From a virus, in the IMG/VR virus record IMGVR_UViG_3300049740_002954, positions 17,075-81,074 of that record: a stretch of 64,000 bases of DNA. One strand, given 5' to 3'. The stretch's first letter is position 1, and each line of letters starts with the position of its first letter. The notes below the pieces were generated by a model. It was not told the origin of the DNA, did not search any database, and saw nothing but the letters and a program-made list of their open reading frames with translations. Made by a program: the position numbers and the translations under genes. This document shows positions 45,475-54,717 of the stretch, piece after piece.

Positions 45475-46570
45475 TAGTTAAATCTTTAAAATCTTTATAC
45501 AAGAAAGAGCTAACATCTTCATTTTCTTCAAGAAAATCTATTAATCTTTGTTCTCCTTGGAATTTATCATTTATAGTAAATTTTTTATCTGAGAGCTCTT
45601 GAATTAAAGATTCTGAAATTGAAATCCATGCACCTTTTTTTTCAATAAGCTTAAAAAGATATAACATGTCTAAAATTTCTCTGGCTCTCCATACAGACTT
45701 GCCATCTTTTTGTCCATATTTAATTGGATACCTAACAGAAGACCCTGTTTTTTCATTTACGCTTTTTCTGAATTTTATTTTACAATAATGACCTATCGGT
45801 TCACCTTTGTCTTCTAGCTTTGAGGCGGTGGGGTTCTTAAATATTAAATCTGCATTATATCTTTCTTCGAATTCAAGAATAAAATTGGCGTAGTGTTTTA
45901 TTGCGTTTCCGCCTGCCTGCTTAACTTTTGGGCCTCCTCTTGAGGCATATGGATTTGTGGCAACCTCTACTCTGACCTGGCTCGTTAGGATCATGGTGTG
46001 ACCCATTTTTGTAATTGGAAGCACCATTTTTTTTAAAAATACTGATGTAATTAAGGCTCCACCTGCAACTTGCTCTGATTCTGCGAAAGGTTTGTCTATA
46101 TCGTTAACTCTGCATAAAGCATCAACGCTATCAATAATAAACATGTATTTTCTTTTGTCTTCGTTGTTAAAAACTAATTCTCTTATTAATTCAAAAACTT
46201 TTTCAAAAACATTGCAATCGAATACAAAAAACTTATCGGAGCTTGTATCTATCCCCGATCTTTCAACCATTTCTGCACTAAACCTACCTTCGCTTTTTAT
46301 ATAAATCACCATGCCATCTTTAGAAAACATGTCTTGGAAGTTCTTTGCAAAAGCCATAGCGCAACTAGTTTTTCCTCCTTCGTTAATTCCTGTAAATCTA
46401 TGAGCGCCGCTTGGGAGGCCTCCGCCTAGCGCTATATCTAAGTTTAGGCTCCCGCTTGGAATTTTATAATCTTCTGCATTATAGAAATTGTAATGGTACT
46501 TTTGATTATCTTTGTCTGATAAAAATTTAGCTATTTGTTCGGTTGTGTTTATTTCTTTTGTTTTACTCAT
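45464..46570 (-). CDS. recA: RecA/UvsX-like recombinase
   Basis: SGSLNLDIALGGGLP, GINEGGKTS, IIDSV, SQVR, GGNAIKHYA, KKGAW. Confidence 0.9.
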   Translation of the reverse strand: MSKTKEINTTEQIAKFLSDKDNQKYHYNFYNAEDYKIPSGSLNLDIALGGGLPSGAHRFTGINEGGKTSCAMAFAKNFQDMFSKDGMVIYIKSEGRFSAEMVERSGIDTSSDKFFVFDCNVFEKVFELIRELVFNNEDKRKYMFIIDSVDALCRVNDIDKPFAESEQVAGGALITSVFLKKMVLPITKMGHTMILTSQVRVEVATNPYASRGGPKVKQAGGNAIKHYANFILEFEERYNADLIFKNPTASKLEDKGEPIGHYCKIKFRKSVNEKTGSSVRYPIKYGQKDGKSVWRAREILDMLYLFKLIEKKGAWISISESLIQELSDKKFTINDKFQGEQRLIDFLEENEDVSSFLYKDFKDLTNAI

Positions 46571-46910
46571 CTAAGAATTGTCTTAATGTTTTGTTTGTTT
46601 TATTTATCACAAAATCTTCTCCTGTCTTATTTGACAGTATGATATCTTTTTTTTGAGGAATTTTATAGTTAAACTCTTTATATTTTTTTCTAAGCTTTTT
46701 GAGTCCCTTTTCTGTTTTATAAAACAGAAGCGAATTAACTTTATGAAGCCTAACCTTTTGCCAGAAAGTCATGTTGGGAAACTTATCAAGAAGATAATTT
46801 AATATTTTCATTTCTCTGGACCAAAAAGACCTGAGATTTTTATCTTTCTTGTCTAGATTTGGGTCTGCGACCAGTTTCTTTATAAAAGTTCTTTTGTTTA
46901 TTTTCTGCAC
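46563..46910 (-). CDS. Hypothetical basic protein
   Basis: GTG-start ORF directly under a sigma70 promoter, upstream of recA. Confidence 0.55.
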   Translation of the reverse strand: MQKINKRTFIKKLVADPNLDKKDKNLRSFWSREMKILNYLLDKFPNMTFWQKVRLHKVNSLLFYKTEKGLKKLRKKYKEFNYKIPQKKDIILSNKTGEDFVINKTNKTLRQFLDE

Positions 46911-46917
46911 AAAAGAC

Positions 46918-46946
46918 AGTATATATTATATCTATCGAGATGTCAA
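46918..46946 (-). promoter_or_regulatory. sigma70-type promoter for the recA operon
   Basis: TTGACA-17 nt-TATACT, -10 element ending 8 nt before the GTG at 46910. Confidence 0.75.
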
Positions 46947-49048
46947 GGTAAAAATTTGTAAATTGGTCTTTGCTTTTTTAGTTCTCTGTTGTCTATTGCT
47001 GGGTTATAGAATTGTTTTATTTTTAAATCAAAAAGCTCACAAAAATAGTCTTGATTTACCGCCTTGCTTGAAAGATCAATCTCTGTTGCAATTTTAAGCA
47101 TGTTTTTAATTTGATCTTGAGAAAAATCTTCTTCTTTTGTGAAGTGGTGGGTACCTGTATGTTGAGAAGGGATTTTAAGGGTGAAAAATTCTCCTTCTTG
47201 GTATTTTGATATTAGCGATTCTAATTGAGATAGCTTGCTGGACTTTTCTTCAATAAGGTGATTTTTTTGATCAATAAGCTGAGAAATTTTATCTTTAAGC
47301 TCTTCAATTTTATTATCGTTATCGATCGATTTAAGTCGCTTATTTTCTTCTGTTATTTGTTCTATTTCTTTTTTTGCTTGATATATTTCGTTTGTTAATC
47401 CTGCGTTTTTATTTTTTATGTATTCAATTTCTTTTTCTCGGTCTGCGCTTGTGTTTGACTGTTCATTTTTTAGACTTGAATTCTCTTGTTCTAGAGTTGA
47501 TATTTTATTTTTTATTTCAAGTATATGATTTTTATAATTATCGATGACCGTCTTTACTTGCTTTATGTCATTCTTTTGATTTTCGTGTTTAGAAAAAACT
47601 TCTTTAATTTCTTTTGCGCAAGCTTTTAAGTTTTTTTCTTTATTGATAATTTCGTTTTTTGATTGAGTAATTGATTCTAATTCTTGTTTAAGTTTTTCTC
47701 TTCTTCTTTTTAATTCTTTGATATCTGTTATGATTGGTCCGTTATTTTCTAGTAAAATTTTATTTTTTTCAGCTTGAATTTTATATTCTCTAGATTTCTC
47801 TTGATAGGAATCTATCTGCTCTTTGTATTTTTCGATTTGATCTTCTTTGATTTTTAAAATCTCTTCCTCTTGCTCTAAGTCTTTTTGTCTTGAAAGCAAA
47901 ATATTTTCTCGGTTGCTTAATGTTTTTTCTTCTATTTTTAACTTTGAGGTTTTTTCGATAATTTCTCTTTCGCTAATTGTTGATTGAGGGAAATATCTTA
48001 AAAGACTTATATGTGCAGCAAGAACAAGTAAAACAGCCAGGGGGTCAAAAACAAAAATTAATATAATTATTACTATTCTTACTGCTTTACCCATATCGAA
48101 CTCTACCCCTGTAAAGTCTGATATTAATTCTGCTACATATTTTACTGGTCCGACCTCCGCTTCTAACTGTCTTGATCCATCGTCGTAGTTGAATTTTTCT
48201 TTCTCTAGCTCATCAATCCTGTTTAGTGCTTGGCTTATTTTTTCATTATATTCTTCTATTTTGTTTTTTACTGCATCTGGTTTATCAAAACCAATTGATT
48301 GGTACTCTTGTATTCTTTTTCTGATACTTGATATAAGTTCAGATGTTTCGTTTCTGTATTTCGATATGCGTGATTCAATCTCTGATTTTTTGGAAGATAG
48401 CTCAGCTCTTTCTTGTGATTGTTCTAGTGTAATTTTTTCAATATCTTTTGTTTTATTGGAGAAAAGTCCTCCAGGCTTGTTTTTAACTTCATTTAAATCT
48501 TTATTTAATTCATCTATTCTTGACTGAATGGGCGCGAGCATTTTACCATCTAGATCTATATCTTTTTCTAATTGAGAGTTTAGTTGATCTATTTTTTGTT
48601 GTTCTAACTTAATATTTTCTTGACTCTTGTCGCTAAGGTTTTGATTGCTATCTTCTGTTTGTAATATAAGTTCTTTTTGTCTTAAGATAAATTGGTTCTC
48701 CCTTTCTATTTTTTTCTCAACCTGCTCCACAAGGGCTGTATTTTTTTCTGCATTATTTTGGTGTTCTATATGAGATTTAGAAAGGAAACCAAAAATCCCC
48801 ATGCTTGTTATGCCCATAAGTATTAATATTGCCGAAAATAGATATATCTTAATCATTCTTGGCGCGCCGTGCCAATTATTGTGCAGCCACACTGCTGCAA
48901 TAATTTTGCCTATTTCTAGGGCAGAACCCATGCAGATTACCGCAGCTATAGAGCCTGGGAAAATTGTAGCTAGCCCGATTATACTAAAGTATGCAGCGAT
49001 ACAGGAAATACTTAAAGCCGAAATTAAAGTTGATATAGCGAAGATCAT
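46943..49048 (-). CDS. Multi-pass membrane protein with long coiled coils
   Basis: Three N-terminal TMs, coiled coil, EAEVGPVKY, TM IIILIFVFDPLAVLLVLAA, second long coiled coil. Confidence 0.75.
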   Translation of the reverse strand: MIFAISTLISALSISCIAAYFSIIGLATIFPGSIAAVICMGSALEIGKIIAAVWLHNNWHGAPRMIKIYLFSAILILMGITSMGIFGFLSKSHIEHQNNAEKNTALVEQVEKKIERENQFILRQKELILQTEDSNQNLSDKSQENIKLEQQKIDQLNSQLEKDIDLDGKMLAPIQSRIDELNKDLNEVKNKPGGLFSNKTKDIEKITLEQSQERAELSSKKSEIESRISKYRNETSELISSIRKRIQEYQSIGFDKPDAVKNKIEEYNEKISQALNRIDELEKEKFNYDDGSRQLEAEVGPVKYVAELISDFTGVEFDMGKAVRIVIIILIFVFDPLAVLLVLAAHISLLRYFPQSTISEREIIEKTSKLKIEEKTLSNRENILLSRQKDLEQEEEILKIKEDQIEKYKEQIDSYQEKSREYKIQAEKNKILLENNGPIITDIKELKRRREKLKQELESITQSKNEIINKEKNLKACAKEIKEVFSKHENQKNDIKQVKTVIDNYKNHILEIKNKISTLEQENSSLKNEQSNTSADREKEIEYIKNKNAGLTNEIYQAKKEIEQITEENKRLKSIDNDNKIEELKDKISQLIDQKNHLIEEKSSKLSQLESLISKYQEGEFFTLKIPSQHTGTHHFTKEEDFSQDQIKNMLKIATEIDLSSKAVNQDYFCELFDLKIKQFYNPAIDNRELKKQRPIYKFLP

Positions 49049-49063
49049 ATTATAAATTTGTTA

Positions 49064-49243
49064 TTATGTTTGAAGTTCTATTTTTGACATTTTGACTGTT
49101 ATGACTTTTCCGTTATCTAGTTCAATTAAAGCGAATATAGCTCCATCATCTGCACCGCCAATTTCTTCATACTGTCTAATAACAATACCTTCTGACTTGC
49201 CGTCTCGAGTAAAAACTGTACATTTTTTTCGTTTTTTTTGCAT
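49064..49243 (-). CDS. Small 59 aa beta-rich protein (missed by ORF track)
   Basis: MQKKRKKCTVFTRDGKSEGIVIRQYEEIGGADDGAIFALIELDNGKVITVKMSKIELQT*, GTGTA motif 9 nt upstream. Confidence 0.7.
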   Translation of the reverse strand: MQKKRKKCTVFTRDGKSEGIVIRQYEEIGGADDGAIFALIELDNGKVITVKMSKIELQT

Positions 49244-49334
49244 GAGTATAAATACACTCGTTGGGATATTTTTTTTAAAAAAATAAAAGTTAAAAGTTAA
49301 CTTTGGACTTTTATTAGACTTTGGCTTAACTTTT

Positions 49335-49339
49335 GTGTA
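49335..49339 (+). promoter_or_regulatory. GTGTA upstream motif (representative of 12 copies; candidate phage late promoter)
   Basis: GTGTA 9 nt before portal ATG; same motif at 565, 3655, 10179, 13665, 24861, 51827 (+) and 17593, 30843, 34366, 45060, 49257 (-). Confidence 0.7.
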
Positions 49340-49348
49340 TCATAAGAA

Positions 49349-51325
49349 ATGAGTAAAAGAAAGTACAGGAAACGCTCTGACTACTGGAAGAAATTTGATA
49401 AAAGTCCAAAAGAGACTTTGGATCAACTTTCTGACAGCTTTATAGTCGGTCCGTCTTCGACAGGGGAGCCATTTTATTCTGAGTCAATAGCTTCCTATTC
49501 AAGAACTGAAAACAATATAGAAAGTTCTGTGTCGAGGCGCAATACAGCGCATAAATCTAATAAAAAAAATAGATTTTCTAACATATCTGGCGGTATGCTG
49601 CCATATGTTTACGGCAGAGACGGAGTGAATGTACGAGATGCGATCGAGCTTTGCCAAAAAGCTTACGCAAATATAGCTGTGTTTAGAAATGCAATAGATG
49701 TAATGTCTGAATTTGCAAATTCTAAAATTTTCCTTGAAGGCGGGACTCAGAAGTCAAGGGATTTTGTATATAAATGGTTTGAGAAAATAAATTTATGGAA
49801 CCTTAAAGATCAATATTTTAGAGAATACTATAGAAGTGGAAATATCTTTATGTATAGGGTTGATGGAAAATTTTCAACAAATGATTTCGAAAAAATGGGG
49901 AAAATATACGGATCAGAGCTTTCTTTAAAACCTGCTCATTTACCGGTGAAATATATTATGCTTAACCCTTTTGATATAGTTGTTAATAAAGGATCTTCAT
50001 TTGAGACGGGTTTGTATGAGAAGATACTTTCTGAATACGATATAGAAAGATTAAAAAATCCTAAGACAGAATACGATATTCAGGTTTTAGAGGCCTTAGA
50101 TGAGGAAACAAAAAACAAAATCGCCTCTGGTAAATATAATTCTGATGGAATTAGGATAAAGCTAGATCCAGGGCATTTGGTATATTCTTTTTATAAAAAA
50201 CAAGATTACGAGCCTTTTGCTGTTCCTTTTGGTTACCCCGTTTTAGATGATATTAATTTTAAATTAGAACTTAAAAAAATAGATCAAGCTATATGTAGAA
50301 CTATAGAGAATGTTATTCTTTTAATCACCATGGGTAATGAGCCTGATAAGGGAGGCATAAATCCAAGAAACATGGAGGCTATGCAGAATTTATTTAAAAA
50401 CGAAAGCGTTGGTAGAGTTTTGGTGAGCGACTATACTACTGAGGCTAAGTTTATTATACCAGATATTGCAAAAGTTGTTGGCCCAAATAAATATGAAGTA
50501 ATTAATAATGACATAAAAGAAGGGCTTCAGAATGTTATTGTCGGTGATGAAAGGTATAGCAATACTCAAGTGAAGGCCAAAATATTTTTAGAAAGACTTG
50601 AGGAATCTAGAAATGCTTTTGTATACGATTTCTTACAGCCTCAGGTTAAAATGATTTGCAAAAATTTAGGGTTCAGGAAATATCCAGAGGTAAAATTTGA
50701 ACAAGTTGACATCAAGGATGAAGTGCAACTTCAAAGAGTTGTTACAAGACTTATGGAATTAGGGATTATAACTCCGGAGCAAGGGGTTAATGTTCTTGAG
50801 ACGGGCTGCTATCCAAAGTCAGACGAACTTAAAAACGCTCAACAAATATATCTAAAAGAAAGAGAAGAGGGTTTATATAATCCTTTAGTAGGGGGAGCCC
50901 CTGTAAATAGCCAAACTAACCAAAACTCTAAAGAAAGGAGGGATGTAAAAAAAGAGACTGGCAGGCCTACGGGCACATCAGAGATACCGCAAGAATCAAA
51001 ATCAGAGGTATTTTCTAGAGATAATATTAAGGAAATAATTTACTCTTCCGAAAAGTTAAGCGAATCAGCTTATTCTCTTGCTAGAAAGAGATTTAAAAAG
51101 AAGCGTTTAAATAAAGCAGAAAAAGATATGTTAGATAATTTATGCGAGACTATAATATTAAGTTCTGAGCGTGAAACTTGGGATTTGAATCTTGATAAAT
51201 GTCTAGAGAATTGTTCTGTTATAGATAACCTCAACGTTTTGAAGGATATAGAAAATATATCTAACGAGTTTAATCTCGACTTATATTCTTCTTCATTACT
51301 TTATCATAGCGCTAAGGAGGTTTAA
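49349..51325 (+). CDS. Portal protein
   Basis: AYANIAVFRNAIDVMSEF, YYRSGNIF, YKKQDYEPFAVP, RLMELGIITPEQ, GRP near C-terminus; GTGTA motif upstream. Confidence 0.75.
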   Translation: MSKRKYRKRSDYWKKFDKSPKETLDQLSDSFIVGPSSTGEPFYSESIASYSRTENNIESSVSRRNTAHKSNKKNRFSNISGGMLPYVYGRDGVNVRDAIELCQKAYANIAVFRNAIDVMSEFANSKIFLEGGTQKSRDFVYKWFEKINLWNLKDQYFREYYRSGNIFMYRVDGKFSTNDFEKMGKIYGSELSLKPAHLPVKYIMLNPFDIVVNKGSSFETGLYEKILSEYDIERLKNPKTEYDIQVLEALDEETKNKIASGKYNSDGIRIKLDPGHLVYSFYKKQDYEPFAVPFGYPVLDDINFKLELKKIDQAICRTIENVILLITMGNEPDKGGINPRNMEAMQNLFKNESVGRVLVSDYTTEAKFIIPDIAKVVGPNKYEVINNDIKEGLQNVIVGDERYSNTQVKAKIFLERLEESRNAFVYDFLQPQVKMICKNLGFRKYPEVKFEQVDIKDEVQLQRVVTRLMELGIITPEQGVNVLETGCYPKSDELKNAQQIYLKEREEGLYNPLVGGAPVNSQTNQNSKERRDVKKETGRPTGTSEIPQESKSEVFSRDNIKEIIYSSEKLSESAYSLARKRFKKKRLNKAEKDMLDNLCETIILSSERETWDLNLDKCLENCSVIDNLNVLKDIENISNEFNLDLYSSSLLYHSAKEV

Positions 51326-51327
51326 TA

Positions 51328-51816
51328 ATGGGAGCTTTCGAGAGTTTTGTTAATGCTAACCTAGGGATAAGAAAACCCTTAATCATTGATTCTGGGGCAC
51401 CCACTGAAAGCTCTAAGGCTGCAGGGGTAATAGGTTCTCATTACATAGATACTGACACCAACTTTCTATATGAAAAAACAGGAGAAAACAATCAGCAGGA
51501 TTGGGTTTTTCTTAGGAAGCTTGGTGAGGTTGTTAGTCAAGACTCTCAAGATCCAACCAGACCATTTTCTGCATCTTTTCTAATTCCAACTGGCGTTTCT
51601 AACGTCAAATTAAATTACAAAGATTTAGGCAATGATTTGGAGTATGAATACCCTCCTCAAGTTATCGTAAGCATGAGGACTGAAGAGCAGTCAGAATATT
51701 TTTACGCCTATTCATCTCATAATGTAACAGACAAGGATTTTCAAATTTCCTTTTCAGATGATATTGTTGAGACCGGAAATTATATGGAAATATTAATAAA
51801 TAAGCGCCCTGTATAG
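51328..51816 (+). CDS. Virion fibre/collar-associated protein
   Basis: GAPT..GVIGSHYIDTDTNFLYEK fibre-type motif; C-terminal YEYPPQVIVS beta domain. Confidence 0.5.
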   Translation: MGAFESFVNANLGIRKPLIIDSGAPTESSKAAGVIGSHYIDTDTNFLYEKTGENNQQDWVFLRKLGEVVSQDSQDPTRPFSASFLIPTGVSNVKLNYKDLGNDLEYEYPPQVIVSMRTEEQSEYFYAYSSHNVTDKDFQISFSDDIVETGNYMEILINKRPV

Positions 51817-51840
51817 TGAGCGTTACGTGTATTTTATACT

Positions 51841-52920
51841 ATGAAGATAATTTTGACCGCGTCATTTGAAAATGGAATTTTTTGTAATGGTTTGCAGCAG
51901 AATATAGTTTTTTTGGCTCAACTGCTCAACGATATTGGCCACGAACCAATTATTTGCTTACCTCATGATATAGATAAGTGTATAGATGCTCCAAAGGATA
52001 TTTTACTAATAGAGGGTAAGGAAATAATTAATTATTCTAAAAATGTAGATTTAATATTAAACACTGCCTGGATGATAGAAGAAAAAGTAATTAAAGCTAT
52101 TAAAAAAGTCAATAGCTCATTCAGGAATATACATATATTATATGGCAACTCTCTTTTGGCTGATGTTGAGAGGTGTTCTTGGGATGACCATATTGCTGTT
52201 TGCAACAAAAACGTAGATGAAGTTTGGATCTCTCCCCACTATAAGTTTTCTTTTGAATATTTTAAAACTTACTATCAAACAGATAAGATAAAAACTTTAC
52301 CATATATATGGTCTCCTTATTTTGTAGATCTTCATGAAGATATATGGAATAAAGCTGATAAAACATGTTTTTATTCTCCGGGTAAAGATATGAGTATAGG
52401 TATACTTGAGCCAAACTTAAACATTACTAAACATTGCTTACCATCAATTATGTCAGTAGAGTGCCTCCACAATAATTTTCCCGAAGTAAATTTTAAAAAA
52501 GTTGTTGCGTATTGCTCTAAAAAACTGATGGATAAAAAATATTTTAAAAGCCTTATGTGGAATTTAAATATAACAAAAAACTTAAAAATTGAATTTGCAG
52601 GAAGAAAAATGGTGTCAGGAATATTTTCCCATGAATGTAATTTATTTTTGTCTCACCAATTATTGAATGCGCTTAATTATACTTATATGGAAGCGTTATA
52701 TTTTAATATGCCTTTAGTTCATAATTCTGAGATTATTAAGGGTGCAGGATATTTCTATTCTGATTACAATGTTATTGAGGCTGCAAGAATGATCAAGAAA
52801 GCTAGTGAGGTTCATGATTCTAATCTAGATAGTTATCGACAAAAAAGCCAATCTATATTAAATAAATATAGCCCTAATAACCCTGAGGTAATTAACGAAT
52901 ATAGAAAGTTGTTGTCATGA
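51841..52920 (+). CDS. DUF2827-family protein (putative GT-B glycosyltransferase), copy 1
   Basis: NGLQQNIVFLA, PYIWSP, LEPNLNITK, SHQLLNALNY..EALY..PLVHNS. Confidence 0.75.
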   Translation: MKIILTASFENGIFCNGLQQNIVFLAQLLNDIGHEPIICLPHDIDKCIDAPKDILLIEGKEIINYSKNVDLILNTAWMIEEKVIKAIKKVNSSFRNIHILYGNSLLADVERCSWDDHIAVCNKNVDEVWISPHYKFSFEYFKTYYQTDKIKTLPYIWSPYFVDLHEDIWNKADKTCFYSPGKDMSIGILEPNLNITKHCLPSIMSVECLHNNFPEVNFKKVVAYCSKKLMDKKYFKSLMWNLNITKNLKIEFAGRKMVSGIFSHECNLFLSHQLLNALNYTYMEALYFNMPLVHNSEIIKGAGYFYSDYNVIEAARMIKKASEVHDSNLDSYRQKSQSILNKYSPNNPEVINEYRKLLS

Positions 52921-54011
52921 AGATAGGAATTACGATTGATATGTCTTTAGGTTTTTGGGCTAACGGTATGCAGCAGAATATAGTATTCTTGTATTCTCTT
53001 TTGAATGCAATGGGCAATGATTGTTATTATATAACTTTCAAAAAGCCGAAATATATATTAAATAAAAGCCACAAAGGTATGATGTTGTCAGATGTTATTG
53101 ATGATAAAAAAGAAGTGTTTGATGTTATTTTTTGCGCAGGGTTTGACTTAATACCTGAAATGTATGAAGAATTGAAAAAAAGAAATCCTAAATTAAAAAT
53201 TATACTTATACATTTTGGTAACAAATTAATGGATGACATTCATTATTCCGTGTGCGCTGGCAATACAAAAAGAGTACCTTTAGAAAAACCTGCAATGCTT
53301 GATGAAATATGGATGGCTAATCATCATTCTTTCTCCAAAGAATACATTAAGGCTTATTATAATCATGAAAACGTAAAGATCATGCCTTACATTTGGGATC
53401 CATTTTTTTTGCAAGATAGAATCCAGCATATGCAGAAAAAGAGCTTGAACCCTTTTTTTTGTAAAGAGGATAAATTTAGCGTTTGTATATTCGAGCCAAA
53501 TATATCTCATATTAAAAATTCTATCGTACCAATAATGGCTTGCGAAAGATTTCTTCAGTTGTTCGAAGACAAGATGGAGTCAATAAATGTATTTTGTGCC
53601 GAAAAATTGAGGGATAATGAATACTTTAAAAAATATATCAAAAGATTAAGTTTGTTTGCTAGCAGAGATTTTATATATTTTAATAATAGGTGGTCTTCTT
53701 TAGATGCAATGAGTAAGTTTGGTAAATTCATTATTAGTCATCAGATTGACAATGAAATGAATTATGCTCAATTAGAGGCTTTATATTTAGGTAATCCAAT
53801 TATTCATAATTCTAAAGAGTTATGTGATGTAGGGTATTATTATAAAAATCACGATGTTTCAATGGCTGCAAAGCAAATGTACTGCGCTTTCAAAAATCAT
53901 ACTCAAGTATTTGAGGAATATAAAAATGAATCAAGAGCGTTTCTTCAGAGATACAGTCCTTATAGCCAAAATAATATTTCTCAATACAAAAAAATGTTAG
54001 AGTGTGAATAA
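52917..54011 (+). CDS. DUF2827-family protein (putative GT-B glycosyltransferase), copy 2
   Basis: NGMQQNIVFL, PYIWDP, FEPNISHIK, SHQIDNEMNY..EALY..PIIHNS. Confidence 0.75.
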   Translation: MKIGITIDMSLGFWANGMQQNIVFLYSLLNAMGNDCYYITFKKPKYILNKSHKGMMLSDVIDDKKEVFDVIFCAGFDLIPEMYEELKKRNPKLKIILIHFGNKLMDDIHYSVCAGNTKRVPLEKPAMLDEIWMANHHSFSKEYIKAYYNHENVKIMPYIWDPFFLQDRIQHMQKKSLNPFFCKEDKFSVCIFEPNISHIKNSIVPIMACERFLQLFEDKMESINVFCAEKLRDNEYFKKYIKRLSLFASRDFIYFNNRWSSLDAMSKFGKFIISHQIDNEMNYAQLEALYLGNPIIHNSKELCDVGYYYKNHDVSMAAKQMYCAFKNHTQVFEEYKNESRAFLQRYSPYSQNNISQYKKMLECE

Positions 54012-54696
54012 GTATAAAATTTTTCAAAGTTATTACAATAAAAATCAATTAAGCTCTTTAGAAAAGAATTGCATTCCATTTTTTAATAAAAAAGCAAGCC
54101 CTTTACTGGAAAGTCAGATATTGGTTGATATTCTAAAAAATGGTTATCACGAACATTCAGAATGGTGCGGCTTGATATCTTGGAAATACAGCAAGAAGGT
54201 TCAAAGTAGTGGATTTAGGTCTTTAGATAAGATAATTAATATGGCAGATAAATTTGATGTTGTTGCTCCTAGGTTCGAGAGTTATCTTTTTTATCCAAAA
54301 ATAGCAAAAGAGCATTACTTATTAAATATCCATATGGATATTAAAGAGCCTTTATTGAGAATAATATATGAATTGCAAAAAAAGAATCTACTAAAAAATA
54401 AAATACCATGTTTAACCTCAAAGCAGAATAATATTTATTGTAATTATTGGATCGCTAAAAAGAATTTTTTTGAAAGTTTTGTGGAGAAATGCCTAATCCC
54501 TTCTATAGAAATAATTAAAAATAATTCTATCGTAGGCGATTTATGTCTATCTGATGCTAATTATGGCAGAAAGCCTCCAGCTTCTTTTACGGAGCAAACT
54601 GGTTTTGATTATTACCCTCTCGCTCCATTTGTTTTAGAAAGAATGATAAATGTATATATATCATCCGAAGCTGCAAAGGTTTTGTATATTTTATAA
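54004..54696 (+). CDS. Putative glycan-biosynthesis protein
   Basis: WCGLISWKY, YCNYWIAKK, PFVLERM; inside glycan cluster. Confidence 0.5.
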   Translation: MNKYKIFQSYYNKNQLSSLEKNCIPFFNKKASPLLESQILVDILKNGYHEHSEWCGLISWKYSKKVQSSGFRSLDKIINMADKFDVVAPRFESYLFYPKIAKEHYLLNIHMDIKEPLLRIIYELQKKNLLKNKIPCLTSKQNNIYCNYWIAKKNFFESFVEKCLIPSIEIIKNNSIVGDLCLSDANYGRKPPASFTEQTGFDYYPLAPFVLERMINVYISSEAAKVLYIL

Positions 54697-54717
54697 AAAA
54701 TTTTTATAATATATGTA

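Noticed and set aside
49092-49286. 64 aa plus-strand ORF
   Set aside because: Antisense to a better 59 aa minus-strand gene (49064-49243) that has an ATG and the GTGTA motif.
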